Shown here piece after piece: positions 48,301-60,300 of a DNA stretch of 64,000 nt. The stretch covers positions 3,038,001 to 3,102,000 of the forward strand of contig OZ365117.1 of assembly GCA_977030845.1 (NCBI GenBank), in the 5' to 3' direction. The DNA comes from Fimbriosthenelais zetlandica. Lineage: Eukaryota. Under the pieces are notes generated by a model that worked only from the letters and a program-made list of their open reading frames with translations, was not told the DNA's origin and ran no database searches. How positions within the stretch are numbered: the stretch's first letter is position 1; each line of letters starts with the position of its first letter. The position numbers and the translations under genes are program-made.

Positions 48301-51300
48301 TGAACTAAAAAAAATCAACATGATAAAAGTAAAGATGTAGAAAAAGTGCAGACACATTCTTAACTGATAAAATAGCGTGAAATATGCTTACGGAGATGTA
48401 GAAATGAAATGCATTTAAGAAAGAAAATGGACCTTTATATCAAGATGCAGAACAGAGTTTCAAGAAATATTTTTACAGAGAAAGTTAAGAATAATCATAG
48501 GAGGTTCCTGGTACTTACTGGTGACAATGTATCAGTTTCTCAATATAGAAAACTGGAAGGAATCTTAGATTATATGATGGAATATTCTCAATGTGTGCTT
48601 CGGGTATTTTCAATGTTAATGGTGGATGAAAAGGATGATATAGAACTCAACAGAAACCTTCATACTTCAGAGAATTTGTATCAATGTCCAAAACTTCAAA
48701 TGTCAGGAAGGGTCTGTTTGAGTTCATTGGACATGAGTGAGTGAAAAAGATGAATAAATGTGATGTTGGGCTTTCAAAATGTGATGTGGACGCCATCTGG
48801 TCATCAGCTAAAATTGAAAAAGAAATCTAACAGATGTTAGTTCCTGAAAGAGAAGCTTATGTCATAAATACGTAAAAAAGGATGTGAAAATCTTACCTGT
48901 TACCGTCAGTTTACATGATGTTTTGTTCAGGTCGTCCAGGACACAGTGGTATTTGTCCATGTCAGTCATCTGCGCTTTTTTGATGACGAGTTTGCGGAAT
49001 GTCTTATCCACGACCATTTCATAATCCTTGCCAGGAGTAAGAGGCTGGTCTCCTTTATACCATGTCACAGTGGCTTCAGGCTTGTTCACCTCGCACTTCA
49101 ACACTGCCTCCGTCCCTTCTGGTACTGTCACGTCCTTCAGAGGTGTAATGAATTTATACAGTGAAGCTGGAAAGAGAATGACATACATAAGGACCTATAA
49201 TTTATTTTATTTCTCGAAAAGTTTGTAAGAAAATCGGGCACAGAAACGTAATGAGAGGTTTCCTTATACTGGTGGAAACAGAAGAAATCCATCCTTCATC
49301 CCAAATAAATTAAACTTTATCTGTATTAAATTAAAATTTGATATCAAAGGTACTGAAATTGTCCATTAAATTAAGCATGTAATCATATATGATAATTCTT
49401 GCGGGTGGGGATTTTAATTGAAAATAAAATCATACATTTTATAACCTTTTTGTATAACTCACAAATAAAACATAACAAATGAACCAAAGAGTAGTGAACC
49501 AAATAAAACATAACATAAAGCTGCTTTCCAACTAAAAATTAAGCAACATAAATAAATAAAGTGAAAGAACACATGAGTCCTTGGTTTGTTTATAAGTAGA
49601 CAGACCTACCTTGTGAATTGTCGACCACAGTGACATAAGCATCTAATGATCTATGAGCAGCACGACATACATATTCCCCTTCGTCTGTCTCATCAACATC
49701 ATGCACAATCAAGACATGCACAGTCTCGTCACACACAAACGTATACTTATCACAGTTCTCCTTGGTTAGTTCTAGACCATCAAGGAACCATACAGTCTCA
49801 GCATTGTCTTTAGACAGTTCAACAGTTAAAGCGAAGTCAGAACCTTCAGTGACGTCCTTATCATACAAAGGACGGAGGAAATACAGCTCCTCATCAGGCT
49901 CAAAACGAGGGTCATCAGCAAAGTCCGGCATATCGTCTCCAACACTTAAGCTTGATGCATATTTCTGAAGTGGGATTTTCTGTCTATTTCTGTCCAGTAG
50001 TGGACCATCGACATCAGTGGGTGTCAAGCTTCTTGGCTGAGGGCTCGGAGTTAGAACATGGCAGCTGGATGGCGAGGAGTCCACCTCACACTCAACATCT
50101 TTATAAAATTTTAATTTTATTAAATCCTGGAATTTACTTAGCTTTAGCAGTATGTATAATTATAAGTACTTGTATGATAAAATGTGTTTCATGAAATCCA
50201 CCTATTTATCTTTTAATGTCAGTAATCTATGAAATGTTAAGAGATAATTATGTAAAAGTATAAGACTTAAACTTAGAATCTTATACTATGTTCTTATACT
50301 ATTGTTATATTGACGCATTGCCTTCCGTCTGTGTCCACTATTCATCACTTATCCAACTTAAGTATCTTAAGTCTAAGGTCTTCAATAAATGCAGAATAAG
50401 TCCAACTAGGTGTAGTTGATATTTAAAAAGTAAAATTATTTGTATTAAATTAAACATGCTTTTTCATATTATTTTTTATTTCATAACCTTATCAATATAC
50501 ATAAGCTTAGCTCGAAGTTAATTAAGTAATCTATTTATGTTAGTGTTTCCTAATTATAGATTCTTTTGGACGTCCTGTGAATCAAGTGTTCTTCAATATC
50601 ATGGTGAATACAAGGCTTATATGATAACTGTATCTTGCTTTAGTTGTTGCTTGACATGAATGGGTACAATGGCACCGCTTACAATAATCTAAAAGTGTGT
50701 TAATAAATAGTGCAAATGGCTTACATTGGTGCAACAAACATCGACTTATAAATATGGAAGCAGACTTAGCTAAAAGTGTGTGCACAATATACAAGTGCAA
50801 GTACTAACAAGGTGCATTACCACCTACCCACAGTCATCAATATTTACCTTTCCTGAATGGCTGAACTTTAAGAACTGATTTACTGTTCTCTGCCTCTTCT
50901 CTAGCTAGTTCTGCTGGCAGAGACTCAGCGCTTTTAGATTGTATATATTTCATAGCTCTCTGTTTGATACGATTAGCAGTACTGCCCGTTTTACCATTAC
51001 CACCTGAAGAACCGGAGTACTTACTCAAACTTTCAACCGAACCAGAAAACCTGGATTTCATGGGATGACCTGAAGGACTGGAGTACTTACTCAAACTTTC
51101 AACCGAACCAGAAAATCTTGATTTCATCGGATGCCTCTCCTGCTTGCCAGGAGAAATTGATCTAGATCGTTTTGATATTTGTTCAAATAAGTTCATAAAA
51201 CTTGGAAGTTTATCTTCATTTCCAGGATCTCTGCGATGTTCTCGTCCTCGAGTCACAGTAGCCATGAACTTTTCATCTTCTTCCTTGATCGTTCTAGGAA

Positions 51301-54300
51301 TCCTATCCGGCTCTATGGATATGACACTTTCAGAGAAGTCTCTGGACCTTTGGGCAGCACCAAATTCTTTCCTATTTGGTAAGAAGAAACCTGGCTTTGT
51401 CGGTGAGGAGGGCAGTTTATGGGCAGGAGGTGCTGAATCTGGACTCAGCAAAGAAACTGCTTTGTCAAGGACAGTTCCCAAGGGCAAGAGAACGCCTCCT
51501 GTAGCAAGGGTCTGAGCATCTTCTGATATAGTCTTAATGTCTAGGATGTCCTTCACTCTCCTTCCCTTTGTACTTTCTACCTCTGTTTTTAATACTTTTG
51601 TATGTACCTTCCCTTTATAAACTGGCCTGTCTGGAAGTATTTTCTCAATTGCTTTCACCCTTTCATTTCCTCTTAGTCCTAACTTAGAAATTTCAGAGGA
51701 TGCAGCACTTTCAATATTACCAAGTTTCCGACCCATATAACCCAATTGTGAAGGTGGAGGAGAAATATTCTGAGCCCTCATAAGACTAGCCTCAGTGGAG
51801 TGAGTGAAATATTGTATTGGCCTCTGACCTACAATAAAAACATCATCCGTTTCCTCAACATCCTCTGTTTCTACTTCAATAGTTTCTTCGTTTTCTTCCA
51901 CCACCAGAGAGTCAGTATTCTGATGGCTTAGTTCTTTGTTCAGAGTATCTGTTATAGCACTTGTGTTATAATGCGAGACAGAATCGTTTTGTGACAATTT
52001 TTGTGACAATTCTACATCCTGGTCTGATTCAACTGGACCTGCTACTTCAAAAGATGGGGTGTCAAGGTTTGGTAACAACTCGCCAGTAATATCAGATAGA
52101 GAGTCGTTTAAATGTGAACATTCCTCTATCAAATCGACCTCTTTAATGTCTCCATCAGCATTCCCCTTGCTTACATTGAGCTCTACTGCGGCACTTTCTG
52201 CCTCAACAGAAAGTTGAGCACCAAGTTGAACACCTTCTTGTAAGTAAATCTGTTCAGTTTCTTGTACTATATTTTGTTCCACATGCTCAGATACAGTTTC
52301 TTCCTTAATTGGGAAACTCGTGGACCCTTTTTCAGTTAGCACTTTTGATACTACTCTCACGCTTGACATTTCGACCTTTTCACAATTTGAATCATCTTTG
52401 TCCTCCACAAAATCATCAACTTCTGCACTGCTAATTGATTCAGATTTCCACTGAACTTGGCTTGGTATTGAAAGGCTAGCATCTTCCCTTTGTTCTGAGT
52501 CAGTCATTCTCTCACCACCTAAATGGTAGAGTGTTCTACTGACTTTACTCTCACACATTGTTGGTGTGATATTCAACACACTTATGAATTCAGATGAAAG
52601 TGTACATCTCCCCAACTTCTGACTGTCACCCATAGCTAGATCTTGTGATGAACTTTCATCTACATCTACCTGACCCTTCTCATCACTACCAGACAAAGAC
52701 CTTCTCTGGAAACTTGTATAATGTGGACATATTTCCACCTGGACCTTGTTGCCTTCTTGAGAGACAGAGTACAGTTGACAATTAGATACATGATCCACTT
52801 GATCATCACATCTTTTACAGAAAAAACTTGTCACTGGTTTCGCAATCAGTTTCCTGGTGCCCTCGATATGTGTGACTTGGACTACCTTTGTGTCACTCGT
52901 TGGGACGTCCAAGAGAAAGAGAGACGCTGCAGCTTCATCAACACTTGGAGACGCCATGACATCATCAGTACCATGTAGGGTCATGACCACATAAGGTTTA
53001 CTTTCATGAACACTTCTCTCTGGTGTTATCATTGAGGAGTCAAAATTGTACAGCTGGGCAAAGTTCTTCCCATTGCTTAACTTCTTAGTTTTCAAAAAGT
53101 TATCAACTTCTTTTGGTGAGACACCAATCATTTCCAGTGAAATGACTTCTTTCTCAACAAGTTCAACTCCCAATTTTTCAATATCTGATAGAAGTGCCCC
53201 ATTTTTTGCGCTCAGCTGATCTTCCTGGAGTTCTGCTTTGGTACTGACATGAATTATCTCCGGCTTAAGTTCCTCAGACTCAAGATGGGAGCCAGAGATG
53301 GACATGTCCTGATTATCTTTAAGAAATTCATCAAATTCGGATACAGATGACATTTTTAATGGAGGAGTGAAAGCCTCAGATGTGAGGCTTGAATCAAAGA
53401 CTTCATAATCTGATGACAGATCAGCTAGATTTTCCACAGCTTTTGGTCTGCGAGCCACAAACCCCATATAATCACTGTCACCTGATTCCTCCAGTAGGTT
53501 CTCCAGGGAGGATTTGAAGCTGACAGAGAGTGTCCTATGACCGGCTTCCTCCTCGCTTACTGAACCACTAGGTTCACTCATCTCCTCAATAGTAGACTGG
53601 CGCCGTAGACCAACACCAATAATCCGACTATGAAGTTCTTGTTTGGGTGATTCATACATTGGTAGTGAGACTGATGGGTCAGGGGCGTCCTCAGAACCAC
53701 TAGCTTGGTGTTCCCATTCATCCCCTGATGAAGAATCAGATTCAGAATCTGTTGAATCTTCCGAAAGTTCAAGAGTCTCAATAGACTCATTAATAATACC
53801 ATCAGAAGAGGAGGTACTGTTACATGAACGTCCTGAACTGGTATGTTCAGATAAGAGAGAAATATCTTCATCAGAGGGGGACTGTAAATCGTTATCATCA
53901 TTGACATTGGAGGTGTCTTTAACATATCTGAGACATGACATATCATTGAGCATTGACAGTTCTTGTGGTGAATTTATTGGTGATTTGGTTGCTTGAAGGC
54001 TTGACTCAGATGGACACAGCTCTGGTAATTTGTCAATCATCACACTTCCCTCTAGCTCGGCCAGGTTTTCTTCTTCATTCTCATTGGTACTTTCTGGGGT
54101 AGTGGAAAGTGCCTGGTCATCAGAGGGTTCTGTTGTTTGGTAAATAAGACAAAATATTCCTGTCAGTTTCCTTTCAGAAGGAGAGCCGAGATATTAGTTG
54201 ACCTTCACCACTGGGTAGTAGATTGTTAGTATGTTTACCAAGTTGTGATATGGACAACTTCATCCAATAGTCACTGCAGTGAGTGTCGAAATATGTTTGT

Positions 54301-57300
54301 TTTCTGACTCTTCTGTATTCCTGAGTCCTAATACCAGTAAGCGTAGTAAGAAGTGTTAGAGCAGAATTGAAAAGACCATCAACCTCTATTTGTCATTCAG
54401 TCAAGTGTATAAGCGATGGAGTGTGAAGTTGCCTTCAGAAGGGCTAATGCCTTGCCAGGATAGGCAGGATTATTTTATGACTATTCTGGGTTAACTGGCA
54501 GGATAGGTGTTTTAGTGAGTATTATGGGGCTAACTATAATCCATTTATCAAGACATGACCTATCTATAGTTATCTTACGTTTTGTTTTAAAATGTATGAA
54601 TTGGATTTCGTCCATATGCACTTAAAACTTGACTTAATACTTATTTCCGCAATTCAACCTTAAGCTAGATTGCCTTAAGTTTATATAGTTTATGTTGAGT
54701 CGTGCTCACCTTCAACCGTTAACGTAGCGCTTGCTTCTACTGTCCCTGACCTTACAGTGTACAATCCTTCATCAAAACCTGTAGCACCATTTATACGGAG
54801 ACAGCGAGTGGCGCCTGCCGACACAATCTCATACTTCTCACTCTCAAAGATCTCAATGCCATCAATATACCATACCACAGCGGTGTGTGGCGGGTGTACC
54901 TGACAGGTGAACGCTGCTACTGACTCACCTGGTATACAGGTGTTTACTGGGGAGGTAACAAAGTGAGGGACATCACCTGTAGAAAAACATGCACACACGT
55001 CTAGTAAAGATTAATAATATCAACATCTACATCTGGATATTCTAAACATGCAGCATCACAGAGAAACAATCCAGATATGAACACTATTGTTAGTGGGTAC
55101 TAAATGTTCATGAGTTCAATTAATACCGAGTTTTTTGTCTACATTTCCACACAAAATCCCTTACCTTGACAGTATAGTTCGGCCATATTTTCTTAATTCA
55201 TTGTGAACATAACTGAGAAATTTGCTTGCAATGGCATTTCAAAATAATTCAAAAATAATCAAACAAAATAAAAATAAAATGACATGCTTGTAACTTACAG
55301 CATTCATGAAAAAAATAAAATGTGAATACCATTCAAAATATTAAAGTCAGATTGATTGCCGATGAACTAAACAGATTCAAAAACCGAGGATTCCGTCCCT
55401 TGACAAAGTCAGGACCTTACCTGCTTTTTCAACAGTGAGTTTAGCAGTTGTTTTAATGTTCCTCGTTTTACAAGAAACATCTCCAGTGTCCTTTAGAAGG
55501 GCGTCCTTGATGATCAGTTTGTGGATACAACCCTCATGGACAAACTCATAACGATCAGACGGCTTGAGTTCCACATTTTTCATGAACCATTTTACCTTGA
55601 AATCTTCATCATTGAGTTCACAGGTAAGGGTTGCTGTGGTATGCTCTGGGGTCGTTACGTCATTGAGTTTGCCCACGAATTCAGGTACGAGCGCTGTAAA
55701 TAATGGTCATTATCATTATAAGAGGTTTCTATACAAAAGATCTCCCATAGAGCAGTCACTCTAAAGGGAATGGATAGAGTGGTCATTGGTAGGGAAATTG
55801 GAGCCTTAGTTGTTATTGACAGGTTGTATTTCAGAATCAGATGGGGCAATTCACTTCAAAAAGGATTGGAAATTATATTAAGAAACTCATATCTAGTCAT
55901 TAGATATATAATTATGTATTAGACAGTTTGAAAATGTTATTAGACAGTAAAGGTTTCATTTACAAGATTTAAAATGAAGTCATATTCTCATAAAAGAAAA
56001 TATTTTTCATTTTGAGATATAGTTGATAGAAATACTGAGATAGAATGATAGATTCACTACACGGCATACTGGTATAAAGGAGTGAGCATGGAATAGGAAT
56101 CAATCTATCTGAAGGCATACACAGCATGGTGTGTTTGCTTCTAGATAGATTTTCCCCGTTCGGCACATGGCCATTTGGAGAGCTCTAAAAGTGTAGCAGA
56201 AAACACGAATCGGTCAGAATGAGCCTGAGACAACCTCAGATAACCAAATCTATGTTTTAGCCACAGCAAAAACGCCAACCAAATCCATAGGCAGAACGGA
56301 CCAACGTTTCTCTCTAAGCTGCTGGAATTTGGTACAGTGAAAAACATTTGCACTCACGTTCAACAAACAGCTTGGCGGTCGTCACAGATTTCCTGAATGT
56401 TGCCTTCACTACACCCTCATCTTCTGGTCTGGCTACGTTGATACACAGCTTGTGGTGCATGTCTTCAGCAAAGACTTGGTACTTGGGTCCGGGAACAACT
56501 GGTTCATCCTTAACAAACCAGTCAACTGGGATCTTCTTATGTGTGACATCACATTCAAAGATGCCATTCTCCTTTTCACGGATATGTTGGTCCTCAAGTT
56601 CTTTGGTGAATCCGAACTGTTGACAGACATAAGATACCATACATGGTAATTCATCAACAAAACAAACAACTAATCTGAATTGATTACAAGATGGCAATCT
56701 GGAACATGTCAAAATAAAAACGAACCTTGGCCTTTCCGATGTTGAGTTTCTTCGGTTCTTCTTCAGGACCTTCTGGACCCTTTGGTTGCCTCTGATAGGC
56801 TCCCTTCTCCTCCTCGGCTTCAACAGGCTCTTCAGCAGGTTTCTTCTCGGGAGATTTCCTCTTTAGGAGATCAATTTTGTCACGTTTTCTGAGTTCAAAG
56901 CCAACACGCTCTCGTTCCTCTTCGACAACTTCGGCTTTCACTTCAACCAAGGCTTCTGGTTCAGGGCGTTCAACCTTCCGCAGCTTGAACTGCAGACCTT
57001 CGTCTTCACCATCTTTAGCTGAGGCTTTACCCTTCTTCAGTTTACCCCAGTCTACATCATCATCACCTTCACCCTTCTCAAATGAAGCCCTAGAAATGGA
57101 ATTTGTAACATTCAAAAGAATGACTGGCTCTGGAACAGATTTCAATTAGCTCTTGATGTTTGCTCCACTGAGACATGCCCATAAAATCGACCAAGCTACG
57201 AGCAGTGCTTAATTTTAACTCAAAAAGATACAGTGACTAGCGAAAAATCCTTACGTTTCTTTGAGGGCAGCCTTCCAGTCCTCTGCTTCCTCTGCGTTCT

Positions 57301-60300
57301 CGGTGACCATGAGTGTGAGTGGAGCTGTGTCGCTACCAAACTCATTCTCAATAGTTACTGTGTAAGTGCCAGCGTCCTTCTTCTTGATGTGATCCATCTC
57401 TAACACATGCTGCTCTGTCGTCTCATCATAGTATATCCTAGTGTCTTTATTAGGAGACATCGCTTTCCATTTGCCTTTAGACCAGGCGAGTGTGGGTGTC
57501 GGCTCTCCGTCTATTCTACATCTGAAGATGGCTGTTTCTCCAGCGAGGATTGTACATTTAATGGGGCGTTCAATGAAGGTTGGTGCACGCCCGCGCACCT
57601 CTAATGTAGCCACACAGGAATCCTCCCCTCCTGTGTTGACAGCCGTGACCTTGACCTGACCCGCCATGTCTGAGAGGTCATTGAGTAAGGTCATGTGGTA
57701 CATCTTATTGACTTCATCTGTTTCAAACTCAATGTTGTCTGAGGGTTGAATCTCGGTGTCGTTTAGTAGCCATGTCACTTTCGGTGTAGGGAAGCCTGTG
57801 ATTTTACATTCAAACTTCCCGGGTCCGTTATTAGGTGCAACCTTGTCCTTGATGGGTTTGACAATCTTAGGTGGCTGCACAGCTGTAAGATAAATTGATG
57901 GTTATTGGCAGAAGACACAATACTATGGATAATTAGGGATATTTCTCCCCCATTTTAGTGCTATGGATGGACAATATGTGAGGAGGAATAAGAATACTCA
58001 CGGACAATCTTCAGCCTGGCACTGGCACTCATGGCGCCCATCTCATTCTTGGCTTTCACTGAGAACATGCCGGCCTCTGACTTGACCACCTTCTTCATGA
58101 TGAGGGTGTAGTTCATGCCTTCTGTCTCGTATATGACTCGCTCTGATGGCTCCAGCTTGGTATCCTTACAGAACCTGTAAAACAAATATAACACAAGTTT
58201 AGTCAAGAAAATCCTGAGAAACGAAGACAAGGCCACCCCATCTCAACCATGGTTGCAAGTCGAAGCTATGATGCAGAACATCGGTGCTGCAAGCCCTGGG
58301 AGGTAGCCAAGAGTAGGCTAGGATGGAGCATATTTAATCGTGTTTAACATACCTAATGTCTTGTACTCACCATTCAACAGTTGGTATGGGTTTACCCACA
58401 ACCATGGCTTCAAACTTAATGTCTTCGTGTTCCAGTGTCTCCACTGTGTCGGGTTTACGTAGGAATTTGGGCATCTCTTTTTTCACTGCAAATAGAAGAA
58501 AAAATGATTGATGAGTGAAGGCATTTTATCTGCATTTCTGTGCTTTCTTCAAGATGTTATTATAATTGCGGAATTGATTAGGGAGAACATATACTGAGTT
58601 TAGAGACTAATACTGACTTGATATGATGAGTTTAGCCTCGCAGCTCGCCTCTCCTGCCTTGTTGGTAGCGACGCATTTGACGAGGCCGGCATCCTCGGGC
58701 ACGCACTCGTCGATGAAGAGTGTAGCGAGCAGTTCACCGCGTGAGATGCGGGTGTCTACAGCCACCCGCCCCGTCACCTCCAGCGGCTTCTCATCAACAA
58801 ACCTGATCAAACAAAATAAAAACAATCAGTAAATTATTTAGATAGGTAACAACGCATCATTCTCCATGGGTGGAGGACAATGAAAGCTTAATAGCCTGAA
58901 CTATACCCACTGAGCTACGATCTCAATACAATCTGCGTTACGATCCAATTACAATGAAAAATTTAAAAGAATGTGGAATGAAACTACTGAAAAAGTGTGT
59001 GGAATGAACCTACGATCATGTTCCTGTGCGTTTTGTGTTTTCTTCATGGGTCAGAAAACTCTACATCTTATTTTGAGCATGTTCAAGATAGTAGCTCAGT
59101 GGATTGGGGCTATAATGCTCTTTAAAGCTTGTGTCATTATGAGGTATGATATACAGTGGAGTCCGCCTAAAACGAACACGCTTAAAACGAAATTTCGGTT
59201 CCAACAAACAAAATCCCAAGAACCAATTCATTCCCTGTTAAATCTAATGTAATTTAGCCCGAAGTCGGATCCCTTATCAAAGAGTTTTTCTTTAGCACTA
59301 AGGGTTTCAGCATAAAATTAGGTAGTATTGAGTCTCTTCATAAGACACGTTATCCTTTTCTATAATCCGCATTTCATTTTCATCCCTATTTAACTCACAC
59401 GTCACTTCACCACCCCCCCCCCCCCCCCCCACCAACTGCCCTACCCACCCACCTCATACTCCAAAGAAGTCAACCCTTCTACAAACACCTGTGATGACAC
59501 GTGGTCATGTGCCCAGTTTTAACCTCCCTCACCCTAAAGACGCTAAAACAAAGCTTCCCTTCCCATGACGTAACTTCACACATCAAAGCTCCGTCAACAA
59601 TGTCCTATCCCCGCCAACCAGACGCCCCACGCGACCGACTGACTGACTGGTCATTGAGGGTCTGGTCAATTAGGGATTAATGACCGAGCCTGGATTGGCG
59701 AGGCAGGTTAGAGAAAAGCTATGGAGGTTGGGGCTGGAGGTTGGGGGGGGGGGGGGGTGTTGGGCTGGTGCTGTGTACTATATAGCCATATTTACTACAC
59801 AACCTCTGGCAGCAATGCCGGATCAAACCAATACAATGAGGTGGTCAGCAATAAAGCTTACTCGGTCGTTGATTGGGTGTCTGATAATTGGGGAGTGACC
59901 AATCATGATCGAGGGGGAGGGGGTTGGTGTTAGACCTATACCACAAATCAGTGAATAGGTGGGCGGGAGGTTGGGGGGGGGGGGGTGGCGGGCTGGTGCT
60001 GTGTACTATATAGACAGGACGTTTACTGGTCACACCTGAGTGGCCACTACTGCCAGTCGGGAGGGGGGGGGGGGGGGGGGTTGGCTCTGTACCACTGAAT
60101 GACTGCATGGCTTGATTGAGGGAGGGGGGTATACCCTAGAAGCAGGAATCCATGGAGTAATTAGGGATTAATGACCAAGCCTAGCCTGACGGCCCTCAGT
60201 CATAGCTTTTCTCTAACCTGCCGAGCCAATCCAGGCGAGGTCATTGATCCCGTTAATACCCGACACTGTTTACCAATCAAAAATGGTAAGAAAGTACTAT

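Noticed and set aside
48519-48552. 34-nt cryptic minus-strand exon (CA|GTAAGT donor)
   Set aside because: Frameshifting, no in-frame ATG and no other support; may be a chance site.
48409-48744. 111-aa plus-strand intronic ORF
   Set aside because: No recognisable motif; a few ORFs of this length are expected by chance in this much intron.
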